Shown piece after piece: positions 1 to 10,572 of a stretch of DNA of 64,000 nucleotides. The stretch is from Trypanosoma brucei. Its lineage: Eukaryota. The notes beneath the pieces were generated by a model. That model worked only from the letters and a program-made list of their open reading frames with translations. It was not told where the DNA came from and ran no database searches. The translations under genes were made by a program, and so were the position numbers. The stretch's first letter is position 1. Each line of letters begins with the position of its first letter. The stretch covers positions 3,840,001 to 3,904,000 of the forward strand of contig CM000208.1 of the NCBI GenBank assembly GCA_000002445.1. Direction: 5' to 3'.

Positions 1-804
1 TTGATGACGAAGAGGAAAACGCGACGCTATAGCCTTGCTTGTCCTATATCATGTGCAGGCTTATTTCCTTGTGAGTTGGAGGTGGTCTCTCCATGTACAC
101 GCTCTTAGTTACACCCATAGACACTGGGGGTTGGTACCGCAACAACGGTCGGAAAGTGTGCTCTACCCGGTCCGTCACCACTTGGCAGGAAGAGTTAGCA
201 CCGACAAGAGATGGTCGTTATACCATGGAGAGTCACTGATCCCCAATTTTTTATTATTTGATTATTCCTCTCCGCGATTTCATTTGGTTGTGTCACACAC
301 ACATTTTGTCAAGACTAATGCTGTATGCTAACTATGATTTCCCCTCCCCGTCTTCACACGTGGCACAGCTCCTGACTCGTTTCCCATGAGATACCCGTGA
401 TTACCCAGCACATGTGCAGCTGACTTATCGTTCGCGTCTCCGAGCCACCCGTCAACAATTTAATAGGGAAGTGAAGGGGTTGAAATCATAAAGAATGGAC
501 AAAGTTATATATAACAGATGAGTCATCAGTTGCGTTGTTTCTTGTCTGTAGGAACTTTTTTGGCCTGCGGACACTTGTGAGAAGCGTGCATTTGTCAATG
601 AACAGTGGCAGAGCCCGGGCCGCGTTAACATTTAATAACCCCGGTGTGCCTGTATCTTTGGCGCACAAAGTGGGTGTGTGCCTATCCGGCATTGGTGGGA
701 CTCCTGCGTTTGCTATTCCCTCATCGTTATCTCTCCATTTTTTTTCCCCCACCAACTATGAGTACAACACCAGTAACTGAAATATTTGACCACTGACAAG
801 CTTA

Positions 805-1992
805 ATGATAGAGAGTAACTTGCTCTCGCAGGTTAACACCGCTTCCCCCCTTCCCACCTTTATGGAAGTGGAGCTTGTGAACTCCATCAATACCACCGTG
901 GGAAAAGCCTTCCAGTTCGCTCATGTCTTTCTCGCTGAAAAGTGCGACTATTTGGCAGCGCTTTTACCCTATAACTCGGAAATTTGGTTGGTTCTTCATG
1001 CATTACTTGAACACCGCCTACTTTTCCACGCCGATACGTCCTTTGCCGAGATGATGTTCAGCCTCTGTCGTGGGACAATCATTTCGCCATCACGACCGCT
1101 ACCCAGTCAAGGGAGGCTGTCATGGCTGCTGCGTGGCCCGCCACCCGTCCCCCCTTTAGAAGCCCGAATGATGGACACACCCGCAGCGACAGACTCTCGT
1201 GCAGTAGGCGAAGCCATGGTAGGTATGAAGGCAGGGGAAATTGCAGCAGCGGATAGGGCCCCATACGGGCACCTGAAATTCCGACCCCTTACCAACCGAC
1301 AGAAGTACATTACACTCTTTCTCCTCACGGTGAAGCCGTACCTACAGCAGCGCCTTGCTTCATGGTATGAGGCAAACAAAGACGCACAAGTGGCGGGAGA
1401 ATCACAGTCTGGTAGCGCTTTGAGTCGGCAAACCCTCGGGGCACGCTTGAAACAACTCGCTCTGCAGCTCTACCCAGCGCTCCACGCCGGTTGGGAAGGC
1501 CTCAATTTAGCCTTCAAGATCCTCTTCCTTCTAGAACTGACGCCTTATACAGCACCGCTCCACCGGATTTTTAGTATTGTGCTTCGTCGCCCCACAGGTG
1601 ATGACCTCATCGCTGCTTCAAATCCGCGTGCTCAGGCTGCCCTAATGCTTGGCCGTGTATTGATTGTCGTGCTTCTCCTTGGTTTCCGTCTAATGGAATT
1701 CAGTGGCAACACGGGTGGGGCTAGTCCTTCTCATGCCAACAGCGATGACCTGGCCATCCCACGCCCGCCTGAGTGGGGCGTCGATGTGGTAGTCCCACCG
1801 GGCACACCGGACCCTCAGCCGGGTGTCTGTCCCGTTTGTGAGCGACCAGTTACCAATGCCGCGGTGTGTACCGTGAGTGGGGTGGTGGGATGCTATCCCT
1901 GTCTCACACAATTCGCACGGGAGAAGAATGCCTGCCCGGTTACACGGGCACCCATGTCGTTGGAGTGCGTTCGACGCATTTATGAGTGCTGA
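805..1992 (+). CDS. PEX12: Peroxin-12 (PEX12), peroxisomal/glycosomal import RING-finger protein
   Basis: ATG start; 395 aa. The C-terminus 'CPVCERPVTNAAVCTVSGVVGCYPCLTQFAREKNACPVTRAPMSLECVRRIYEC' matches the degenerate PEX12 RING (human 'CPLC..NDTVLATSGYVFCYRCV...HQACPITGYP...LIKLY'). The N-terminal region is Pex2/Pex12-like and hydrophobic. Family knowledge: PEX2/10/12 RING peroxins. Confidence 0.75.
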   Translation: MIESNLLSQVNTASPLPTFMEVELVNSINTTVGKAFQFAHVFLAEKCDYLAALLPYNSEIWLVLHALLEHRLLFHADTSFAEMMFSLCRGTIISPSRPLPSQGRLSWLLRGPPPVPPLEARMMDTPAATDSRAVGEAMVGMKAGEIAAADRAPYGHLKFRPLTNRQKYITLFLLTVKPYLQQRLASWYEANKDAQVAGESQSGSALSRQTLGARLKQLALQLYPALHAGWEGLNLAFKILFLLELTPYTAPLHRIFSIVLRRPTGDDLIAASNPRAQAALMLGRVLIVVLLLGFRLMEFSGNTGGASPSHANSDDLAIPRPPEWGVDVVVPPGTPDPQPGVCPVCERPVTNAAVCTVSGVVGCYPCLTQFAREKNACPVTRAPMSLECVRRIYEC

Positions 1993-2626
1993 AGGCCACA
2001 CGGTCTTGGCGCTAGTGGATGGAAAAAAGCACCGGACCCAAATACGAGTACGGTGTTAGTGGTGTGCTACATAACCGCGGATGTGTGCAGGTTTGGTAGG
2101 AACAGCGCTATCTGCTGATCCCTTGTCGGTGCTCGTTCGTTGGAATTATACTAAAAACGTGTGAAGGCAAAGACACATAGGGAAGGGGAAACAAACAGGA
2201 AGAAGGGTAACAATAAGAAAATTAGCTGGGTGTGGTGTTTGAATGTATCCTGATGACGAGTTAGAACCGAAAAAGTGACGCGTAAGTGGTGCCCTCCAAG
2301 GATGAATAAGGGGATGGGTCCCTAATGGATTGGGGTGGGAAGGGACAAAGTGGGTGGTGCCGTTTATTCGGACGTACACGAGGAGAGGGAACAGTCGCGA
2401 GTTGGTAAAGGGCGGGAACTACTTGCACTTATACGTTAACGGTGGAACAGCAAACTATCCGCCACACTATCCCACGTGTTCAACCTTTCCATAGTCTCTT
2501 CGGCGTTCTTTAATTCTCTATGTGGGGTGATGAGTGAAGTACAGAAGGAAAGACGAGGAGTTCTTCCACGGTGGCGCACCGGTTGGCAGTAGGGTTAGGG
2601 TGAAGAGACCGGTGGTCCCTAGCGGT

Positions 2627-3097
2627 ATGCCAAACATAAAGGGAGGGGTTGGTAGCTTCTTGATGCGCCGCGCTGCACCAAAGAGCATACGTCAGAAATA
2701 TCAGACAGGCCCACAATTCTATAAGCGCAAGTTTTTTCAGTTCCAAAAGGGCCACCACCGCCTGCACCGTCGTATCAGTGGAGTTCAAACCGGATCCCCA
2801 ACACACCAGAGGGAGTACGAGAGGTTCCACCACCTCCCGGGCGATGTCCGTACGCGACCACAATTCGACTTTACCTTCGGTGAAACCCGGGCGGACCGGG
2901 TGATGTTCGCGTGGCGAAAGCGGGGGGACCTTCAACTATACCAAATGAGCGGCAGAGGTGAAACGTTCGTATGCTACCGCTGTGGTTATCCCGTGCGTAG
3001 CCAGCTTGTGGCGGTTAAAGCTGACAATTGGGATTACCGTATGTGTTATCGCTGCTACACAAATACAGTGCACCGTGGAATGGAAAACGATACGTAG
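2627..3097 (+). CDS. Hypothetical small protein with two CxxC pairs (possible zinc ribbon)
   Basis: The track ORF 2534..3097 starts at GTG and the first in-frame ATG is at 2627. The C-terminus 'FVCYRCGYPV...MCYRCY' has two CxxC pairs. It overlaps a minus-strand ORF of similar length, so coding status is uncertain. Confidence 0.3.
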   Translation: MPNIKGGVGSFLMRRAAPKSIRQKYQTGPQFYKRKFFQFQKGHHRLHRRISGVQTGSPTHQREYERFHHLPGDVRTRPQFDFTFGETRADRVMFAWRKRGDLQLYQMSGRGETFVCYRCGYPVRSQLVAVKADNWDYRMCYRCYTNTVHRGMENDT

Positions 3098-3504
3098 GCT
3101 TGTGGCGAGTAAATGGTGCTGAAAAAGATGTCGAAGTACGAGACGAATAAAAGCCTATCTCGTCCACTGAGAAAGGAAACGTGACTGCTGCGTACCCGAC
3201 TTTTTTCAGTTTAACGTGGGCGTGTACGGTTTGTCCTTGGTTTTGACCAGCACATCATTTGTCTGTGCATGTGTCAGGGTGGTTGCGGAATGAATGATTA
3301 TGGCAATGTCACCATTACACCTCTGTACTGCATACCCTGCCCCCCGTAGTCATCTGCTTTTCTGTCTTCAAGGCTCCTTTACCCAAACATATCGCTTTTT
3401 ACCCACTGTGCGTTCGGCCGTAACATACAAATATACATTAGTTGCACAAGCACGCGTGTGAATCCAGGGAGGCGAAGTTGTTTGGCATTTGGCGGGGTGA
3501 CCTG

Positions 3505-4230
3505 ATGAACTACGCCGACGGTAACTACTACGACTCCCAGCAGGCAGCGGGTTATTACTACCCTGAGGGGCAACAGGTGGACGACGGTTATACAATTGAC
3601 CTCCGCCCACCTGATATCACTGAACAACAAGACAATATCATTCAATTAGTTGCAAAGTACGTGGTAGCGTCGTGTGATGGTGCTCGGTACCAGAACAAGC
3701 TAATGAAGAAGACGAAGTTTAATTCATACTTTGCCTTCCTCGCCTCACCAGAGCATAAGTATCACGAGTATTACCAGTACCTTGTTCGTAGTTATACACA
3801 CTGGCGCCACGTCGCTGCAGCGAGTGCCGCCAACCAGGACAACAATGAGGGTTACGCCTTCTACACGGAGCAGCTTCAGCAGCAAATGTACGATGCCAAT
3901 ATGTATTATGCCCATGCCTACAACATAGCTGCAGCAGATAACTTGGCGGCATCCGCGTCAGCAGTGGTTGGCACGGCAACGGGTGGATATTATGATGCCA
4001 ACAGCGCTTTTCCCCTTCATAACCAACAGCCACAACCCGAGCCGCTGAGCGGTAAATCCGTTCTTGGAAATGCGAGCGACGCAATTAGTCAACCACTCGG
4101 GGAAGCTGAAAGCAGAAAACGTGCCCGCTCTGCAACACCATTGGAAAGCAGCGATGATGAGGAAGAGGATCAAGGAGTGGAGTTTGTCATGGAAAATGGT
4201 GTCGCCAGGGCTGTCCCAAGGAGATCTTGA
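3505..4230 (+). CDS. SURP (SWAP) module protein, splicing-factor-like, with Tyr/Gln-rich N-terminus and acidic C-terminus
   Basis: The track ORF starts at TTG (3442) and the first ATG is at 3505. The segment 'IIQLVAKYVVASCDGARYQNKLMKKTKFNSYFAFLASPEHKYHEYYQYLV' fits the SURP consensus (compare SF3A1 'IIDKTAQFVARNGPEFEARI..NPKFNFLNPNDPYHAYYRHKV'). Confidence 0.5.
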   Translation: MNYADGNYYDSQQAAGYYYPEGQQVDDGYTIDLRPPDITEQQDNIIQLVAKYVVASCDGARYQNKLMKKTKFNSYFAFLASPEHKYHEYYQYLVRSYTHWRHVAAASAANQDNNEGYAFYTEQLQQQMYDANMYYAHAYNIAAADNLAASASAVVGTATGGYYDANSAFPLHNQQPQPEPLSGKSVLGNASDAISQPLGEAESRKRARSATPLESSDDEEEDQGVEFVMENGVARAVPRRS

Positions 4231-4609
4231 ACAGTGCGAAGTGAAGCACCTCGAAAGGAACATGGGGAAGTGGAACGAATGTTGCATAAGCGTCGTACTG
4301 TCAAAAGAAACGGAAGTGGGAGACCCAAAGGGGGAATGCCAAAAAAAAGTAGGCAACTGCTTCCCATCGATATTCGGTGCCTTTGGTTGCGGCACTCGCT
4401 GCAACGCCTGCAGCTCTGCGGTTTAACTGCCAGGAGCAGGGCTACACCCTGACCTCTGCGTGCCCTCCCTCACTTCTTGGCGCCTAATTGCGCTCTTCTT
4501 TAAACACATTCACGTACCGGTCCTGTAACGCAGGAATGTGAGAATGAAGCTGCCTCTTACTCCGCCATTCCTTCATTCTTCCCCACCTTCCTGACTTAGT
4601 TGAAAGAAT

Positions 4610-7048
4610 ATGTATTTAAAACCATATAACAATCCCTACCCCGTCGTAAGTGACAGACTGGAGGTTATTCTTGAAACCATGCGAAAAATTAATGGAGACA
4701 GCGGTTCCCCCGTCGAAACGCCACCAGAAAGGGTACCGTGCATTGGCTCCGGTGCGTTTGCTACCGTTCGTGTTGGCTGGGTGCAGGAGCGGTGGCACAG
4801 TCAAGGCAAGAATGAAGAACCTGGACAACTCACCTTCGGAACTACAGCCGCAGTGGCCGTGAAGCGCGTGGTTGTTCCAGGGAAGTTGCGAAGTCCCCTT
4901 GACGGTTGTAGGCAGCGGCTGCTCCGCGAGCTGCAGGTAATGGAACACATCAGAATCTGTCCACATCCGAATGTCGTGCAGTGCTGGGGGTTTGTCTTCT
5001 ACAAGGCGGGCGATAGAGCAAGTATCGGCAGAGAAGTAACAGATAATTTGCTTGGTGAGGTCCTCACAAACTTTTCCCAATTGCGCGAGCAGCAAAGGGT
5101 AATAACAGGGAACATGGACAAGGAGAAAATTGGAAACGAGGTCCTTGATGGGGTCTCTTGCTTTGATGTGTGTCTCTCGTTGTGCACAGGCGGTACTTTA
5201 ACCGAGTATGTCCGCCGAGTAGCCGATGCAGCGCTCCGTGCGACGCGCACGTGCATACAGGAGCGGATAGTCACTCAACCGAAAAACACGAGCATGACTG
5301 ACTCCACACTTGGGGAGTCACCCACTGGACATAATCAGGGTCTGACCAGCAGCTCAAGTGATGCTGGGATCGAACCTAAGGGGGCGCTGCTCGGGCTTAA
5401 AACAAGAAAATTGACACCGATTAGAAAAGATGTTTCGGGAGAATTTTTCACACAAAAAGACTCCACTTTAGTTGTCTCCCATCTCACAATCCGCGAAAAA
5501 GACATTGTCGCCATTGCGTATGCGTTGTGCAACGCCCTTCGTCACACCCATGAAACGCTACGGACGCTACACCGTGACATCAAACCAGCCAATGTGTTAA
5601 TATGCGATGGGATCGGAAAGATACCGTCATATACATCGCGTGCCACTTCATGCGACTTCACGGCCAGAACCACAGCAAGAGCCCGAGGTGCTCCAACTGA
5701 GTTGGAAAACAAAAAAGCAGACGGCAGCAAAGCGGTTGAGTTGGTGCTTTTCTCAGACCTTCGCGACGCGCTGGGTAATCCACAGGAAGGAGGGAGCGCT
5801 GATGATAAACTCACTCCTGATGTGTTGGTTGTGCCTGCTGAAGCAGGATCACATCGTGTGCTGTGTAATTCATCTGATTCGCCCCCATACGTGCTGGAGT
5901 GTCTGCCCCAGGTGGACGCCTGGCGCCTGCAGTTGGCGGACTACGGCATCGCGTCAGGTTTAGATCACATGGAGGCCTCGGGTCGCTGTGGTACATTCCC
6001 TTTTATGGCACCCGAGGTGGAGGACGAGGACTGCACCGGGTCCACGTACGGACCTAAAGCTGATATTTATAGTCTGGGGGTCACAATTCAGCATGTTATT
6101 GTGAATGCTACCGTTGAGTTTAACGAGGTGGCTCAGGCGCTACCCAGGCGGGCAGATGCTTTGGGGCGGCAGTGGGTTGACGAAGAAGACAGGGAGACAA
6201 GCGAAGTGGACAATGACTCCGGCACCAGTGGTGGCGTAACAGATGAAACGAAGAGGAAGCGGACGTTTAACCTCCCCGGCAACTGGCGCTGTAAGCGGGA
6301 GCTTAGCGACAGGGACTATGTTCGCGACATATACTCTCATCTGTCACATCCACTACCGCACGATGACTGTGCTAGATCATTTACCGTACCGCGCTCGTGG
6401 CGTTGCCATGATGAGTTAGCCTCCGGCAACTGCGTTGAAGGTTTAAGCACTGACGGCAGGACTGACACTGACAATGCTGGAGACAAAAGGGGCCATCTTC
6501 AACCTCAAAATTCCGACTACCGTGATAATATCAAGGCGCTAAACTTTAGAAAGGGCCAAGGGGCTCGGTGCAGGTCTTGTGGGAAGCTCCACCGAAACCT
6601 TATCGAGCTTCTCAACGCCATGACGGCCCCTGATCCCTCACAGCGACCGACATTGTCGTGTATATTGCGTGACACAGCGGTCATTGAGCAGGGAACGTTT
6701 GTTGATGAACCAAGGGAATCCAGTTTCCCCTTCTCCAGAAGTAGCAGTAGCAGCAAGCACGCGAATGCGGTGGCAAACACTTCAGGGCGCAGGAACACAA
6801 CAAACAGCACAGCATGCAGCCCAAAACAGCTGTCGCATACAAGTAGAGGGACCGCACCCTCACCAATGGCGGGCCGCAATCACCGTTCCAGTTGCTCTGG
6901 GGAATGTAAGGATCAGAAAACTCACGACGGATCGAGTGAAATGTTTGGCGGTGTTAACAAATACGACGGGTGGCGCGAAGGCGTGTTGTGGCGCCCGCCT
7001 TCGCTCAAGTTTCTTCGTCGGTATAGTGGACAGGAGGGGCGTTGCTAA
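4610..7048 (+). CDS. Ser/Thr protein kinase with DYG in place of DFG and large inserts in the catalytic domain
   Basis: ATG start; 812 aa. Motifs: 'AVAVKRV' (beta-3 Lys), 'HRDIKPANVLI' (catalytic loop), 'LADYGIASG' (DFG-like DYG), 'GTFPFMAPEV' (APE). About 240 aa lie between beta-3 and the HRD motif and about 120 aa between HRD and DYG. Confidence 0.8.
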   Translation: MYLKPYNNPYPVVSDRLEVILETMRKINGDSGSPVETPPERVPCIGSGAFATVRVGWVQERWHSQGKNEEPGQLTFGTTAAVAVKRVVVPGKLRSPLDGCRQRLLRELQVMEHIRICPHPNVVQCWGFVFYKAGDRASIGREVTDNLLGEVLTNFSQLREQQRVITGNMDKEKIGNEVLDGVSCFDVCLSLCTGGTLTEYVRRVADAALRATRTCIQERIVTQPKNTSMTDSTLGESPTGHNQGLTSSSSDAGIEPKGALLGLKTRKLTPIRKDVSGEFFTQKDSTLVVSHLTIREKDIVAIAYALCNALRHTHETLRTLHRDIKPANVLICDGIGKIPSYTSRATSCDFTARTTARARGAPTELENKKADGSKAVELVLFSDLRDALGNPQEGGSADDKLTPDVLVVPAEAGSHRVLCNSSDSPPYVLECLPQVDAWRLQLADYGIASGLDHMEASGRCGTFPFMAPEVEDEDCTGSTYGPKADIYSLGVTIQHVIVNATVEFNEVAQALPRRADALGRQWVDEEDRETSEVDNDSGTSGGVTDETKRKRTFNLPGNWRCKRELSDRDYVRDIYSHLSHPLPHDDCARSFTVPRSWRCHDELASGNCVEGLSTDGRTDTDNAGDKRGHLQPQNSDYRDNIKALNFRKGQGARCRSCGKLHRNLIELLNAMTAPDPSQRPTLSCILRDTAVIEQGTFVDEPRESSFPFSRSSSSSKHANAVANTSGRRNTTNSTACSPKQLSHTSRGTAPSPMAGRNHRSSCSGECKDQKTHDGSSEMFGGVNKYDGWREGVLWRPPSLKFLRRYSGQEGRC

Positions 7049-7635
7049 CCGATCGGCATTTAGGGGCCTGGCGGGTGTCTCTTGTTTCACGCGTTCACCA
7101 TCCGATGCGGTGGTCTCTAAATTTCCTCACAATATTCATTACCTTTACTTACTTTCTCTGCCACACGGCGCAAGCGGCTCCTGCTTGCGGGCGGGTTTGC
7201 TTAACGTGGGTTGTGCTTTTTTGCCGCTTGCTCTCATTGTCCGAGTGGTCACTTCTATTTTTTTTTCTTGTTGACGTTTGACTGTGGTCAGGGGACATCT
7301 CATTGTTGTTATTTTTGCTTTTAATTGTTACCTAAACATGTTTCTTCGCCTAAACGGAGGCGGGTGGGGCCTCGCGCACTTACAAGAAACGTCTGTAGAG
7401 GTGGTCATTTGGGTCAGGTGGAGAGGGAAAGCTTGTTTGCTTGTTCAACTTTACGCTGTGAGTAGTCCTCCCTTCCGTGCATCATTCTTTGGACTTTTTT
7501 TTTCTTTTACCGCCCATCCGTTGGGCTGTTCGTTTATTTTTTCTATCAGGCTATGTCAAACATCAGCCCCGCCAGTGGGCTACGGCCCCGCTACTCTCTG
7601 AAGGCATTTAAATGTGTGGTCGTGTATACCTGATG

Positions 7636-7690
7636 CTTCATTTTTATCTCGGCCCCCTTTCTTTCCCTTCCTATGCATTTCTCCCCCTCG
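7636..7690 (+). promoter_or_regulatory. Polypyrimidine tract with downstream AG (trans-splicing/polyadenylation signal) upstream of the 7772 CDS
   Basis: A T/C-rich run 'gcttcatttttatctcggccccctttctttcccttcctatgcatttctccccctcg'. This is the kinetoplastid pre-mRNA processing signal architecture. Confidence 0.5.
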
Positions 7691-7771
7691 AACAATATAT
7701 GATTAAACGAAATGAAGGCCACAGGGATAGAGAAGTAGTAGGTGCGACGTCTCCATCCCGGTGCGTGTGGT

Positions 7772-9025
7772 ATGCGGTCATCTTCCGCCGCATCATCGAC
7801 TAGAGCCCTTACCCCTGGGAAGTTGAAGCAGCCAGGCTCCACGAGAGGGCTGAAGAGTACGCACTCCGGCAGTGAAGAAGCCGTCCTGAGCGATAAGTTG
7901 CTGCTGTTTTTACAGCAAAGTCGGGAACGGACATCCCATAATCATGCCGCGCGAATTTCCCTGCTGGAATCTCAGTACACACAAAGCCTCCACGGACTCT
8001 CAGGGGCCCGTGGTTCATCTACCCTCTTCACCGAAGCTTCACTGAATGCGCGAAAAGGTGGACGTCACGGCAGAGACCCTGCAGGAATTGTTGACAAGGA
8101 GATTGTTATTGAGGTTGATATGAGTGAAAGTGAGGATGAAGTATCGTCGCAACCGATAGAAACGAATCATAGGGCACAGCAGCGGGAACATGCAGCAACG
8201 CAGTTTTCGTCGGTTCGCCTGACGGCATCGTCCTGCAGGGTCACTGCCACCGCTGCTGCTACCGATCTCTCACCTCAGAGTCTGTCCGAATCGTATGGTG
8301 TATCTCCGGAGGTTCGTACACCCATTTCCCCTTTTATAGAAAAGATGCATTACCGCGAGGTTCTGTGCGCGCCTGAGCTGCCTCAGGGTCCTGAAAAGCG
8401 CAACAAGACTACAACCCACTACACGGCAACGGAATTGTCTCTTGGGAGGGCACAGGCGGGGGTGCGTGCCAATGTCGGGAGGGGTATGGTGTCCTCACTC
8501 CCCCCGTGTGCTGCGGCACGTAACGAAGTTTCTGTTTCACTAGAGCGAGCCATCAATGAGGCAAGGGACAAGCACAACTGGAGTGAGTCAACGACGGCAA
8601 ATGTTATGAGCCGTGGTACGACGACGGCCCCGCCCATGCTACCCCGTACCAATGCAGTGACATCTAAAGTGGATGACGAAGTGCAGCACTCCCCCCTCTT
8701 TCCGCACGAACCGGAGATAGAGGAGTTTCTCGCGTGGGAAGCGGCAAAACCCGCTGAGCTACTCAAATGCTTGCGTGCGGGCTTTAGCAACCACTGCCCC
8801 ATCGCAACCGCGTATGCCGCCGTGCGCCCCGAGGTCCATTGGCTCTCTCTGCTCTGCAACAGTGAATCGGATGTCAAGAGTGAAGCAAAGGGATCGCCAC
8901 TTCGACCGGACTCAGCTCCCTCGCGATTCATTGAGTGGATCGCATCTGACGTGGACTGCTATGAGGGACTGCTACTGCAACGGGGGGCTGTAGCGCCAAT
9001 TGTTGCCAGAAGTGCGAAGTCATAG
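7772..9025 (+). CDS. Hypothetical protein (Ser/Thr/Ala-rich, no recognisable domain)
   Basis: The track ORF starts at GTG 7742 and the first ATG is at 7772 (MRSSSAASS...). It is a long + strand ORF (417 aa) in the same orientation as its neighbours, preceded by a polypyrimidine tract. Confidence 0.55.
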   Translation: MRSSSAASSTRALTPGKLKQPGSTRGLKSTHSGSEEAVLSDKLLLFLQQSRERTSHNHAARISLLESQYTQSLHGLSGARGSSTLFTEASLNARKGGRHGRDPAGIVDKEIVIEVDMSESEDEVSSQPIETNHRAQQREHAATQFSSVRLTASSCRVTATAAATDLSPQSLSESYGVSPEVRTPISPFIEKMHYREVLCAPELPQGPEKRNKTTTHYTATELSLGRAQAGVRANVGRGMVSSLPPCAAARNEVSVSLERAINEARDKHNWSESTTANVMSRGTTTAPPMLPRTNAVTSKVDDEVQHSPLFPHEPEIEEFLAWEAAKPAELLKCLRAGFSNHCPIATAYAAVRPEVHWLSLLCNSESDVKSEAKGSPLRPDSAPSRFIEWIASDVDCYEGLLLQRGAVAPIVARSAKS

Positions 9026-9371
9026 CGGTGACGGCATCCCCGTGCCGCTTAACCCCGTTAAGAGAGGGAGAGTTGGCACACACGCACACAGCGAACACTG
9101 ATTTTGCTGTTGTCAATAGAAAGTTATGTGTACGCATCTGTACGCACATTGATTCTGCAAAGGCCTTCGCAGATTACAATTCTGCTGCCGGGCTTGCTGC
9201 TTCATCACTGTCGGCGCTTTCAACATATTTGAACATGAAATGCTGTGATATTCTCATCAAACTGATGGCAGTTTTTTTTTTTCACTCAATCTTTATTTCG
9301 TGATTTGAGAAATTCTGTGCTTAGGAAGGATAAAGGAAGGGAATATACATAAATAAAGTAATATATAATAT

Positions 9372-9591
9372 ATTACTTTCCTCAGGCATAAAATGTTTGG
9401 ACGACGCGTTTACGCCAGTGCGGCAGTTCCCCGCCGTATGTGGCCGGCACTTCACATTCAGAGCAGTAGCCAAGCACTGCGTATCCTTCCTTCACTCGCA
9501 CCACTTCACCCGACTATAACTCGGCATGTTGCACTTGTGTCCGCCCCGCTCACAAGCCTCTCCGCGGTCGGTTTGTGTGAATCCTCAACGG
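9372..9591 (+). repeat. Copy 1 of a 220-bp perfectly duplicated segment (second copy at 13869..14088)
   Basis: Direct comparison by eye: 'attactttcctcaggcataaaatgtttggacgacgcgtttacgccagtgcgg...gtgtgaatcctcaacgg' is identical in both places, then diverges abruptly (9592 'a' versus 14089 'c'). Confidence 0.85.
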
Positions 9592-9725
9592 AGTTATGCA
9601 AAGATACAACGCAGTCGCAGGGCTGTGTCGTCCTGTCGCTCATCTCAGCCTCGTGGTGCCAACCGCACAATTTTCTCCCTCCATTTGTGGCAGAGTGCAC
9701 AGGGGTAAAGAAAGTGCTTCACTGA
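9393..9725 (+). CDS. Small ORF (110 aa) with mitochondrial-presequence-like N-terminus; paralogue A of a duplicated ORF
   Basis: ATG at 9393, 21 nt into the duplicated segment. The N-terminus 'MFGRRVYASAAVPRRMWPAL' is Arg-rich and amphipathic like trypanosome mitochondrial targeting peptides. The first 66 aa are identical to the ORF at 13890. Coding status is unproven. Confidence 0.35.
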   Translation: MFGRRVYASAAVPRRMWPALHIQSSSQALRILPSLAPLHPTITRHVALVSAPLTSLSAVGLCESSTELCKDTTQSQGCVVLSLISASWCQPHNFLPPFVAECTGVKKVLH

Positions 9726-10421
9726 AAAGCTTCTTCTCATTATAAAAGAGGGGGGCTGAAGGTGAAGGGCCCCCCCCCCCAACAGGGAGGTTTGAAGGGA
9801 TGAGATGCTTGGATCGCCTACATGTCGTTCGTGTTGATCGGCTATTCTTCACAGCTGCATCATGTCCTCGCTTCACTTTCATTTCAACGGACGGTGGGGC
9901 TTTCCTCCCCGTGCATGCGCTCCCCTCACCACTCCGTCGCGGGTGTGCGCTCACAAAGCACACAAGTTTGTAATGTGTGCTTGTGTACATACGCACGTGC
10001 GTGTGCCCGCGCTCTTATCGCAGCAGTAGTAAATTTAAGTGGCCAACAAAAGTGATACTAAAACTACAAAAACAGTCGTTTGGGAGTAAAAATGTCTTGG
10101 TATGAGTGGGCCCGGACTGTGTGGCCCAACCAGAAAAACTTTTGGCATTTTCTCGCCCATGAGCCCACGCCCGAAGGGGTGAGGAAAATTCATTACATAC
10201 ATTTATGCATACACATCTTACCCCCTCCCATTGTGGATGTTACATTCCTCTTCTTTTCAACGGGCGGCCCAATCCCTTAACGAAGCCGCCTTCTCACCTC
10301 GTGAAGAGCATCATTTGAGGGCTAGCGTGTACGTATACCTTCTTTCCGTATTTGCTACCCGCGCTTATGGTTTTTGTAACGGTGAAAGAAAAGGCAACTA
10401 ATATAATTGCTTGCATATATT

Positions 10422-10424
<3 letters not shown>

Positions 10425-10461
<37 letters not shown>
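10425..10461. repeat. (TA)n microsatellite
   Basis: 'atatatat...' run of about 37 nt. Confidence 0.95.
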
Positions 10462-10464
<3 letters not shown>

Positions 10465-10572
10465 CGCACAGCATTAACTGCTGCTATTGCCTCATAAACT
10501 TTCGAGAAGTGCAACCTCAGCGTACAATTCCGTGCAGGTGTGTGAATTGGTGAGGGGAGAGTGCTGTTGGGT

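Noticed and set aside
2245-2340. C/D-box snoRNA-like 'cctgatgacgag ... ggatgaat' in the PEX12 downstream spacer
   Set aside because: A C-box-like UGAUGA is present, but I found no properly spaced D box (CUGA) or terminal stem. A single hexamer match is expected by chance.
4616-5095. Numerous 60–210-codon minus-strand ORFs overlapping + strand genes (for example 4616..5095, 16252..16533, 46116..46676, 51813..52451, 53774..54385, 40067..40618)
   Set aside because: All lie antisense to long, domain-bearing + strand genes in a strictly unidirectional kinetoplastid array. Their translations are low-complexity (Ser/Arg/Pro-rich) with no motifs, which is the expected by-product of GC-biased codon usage on the opposite strand.
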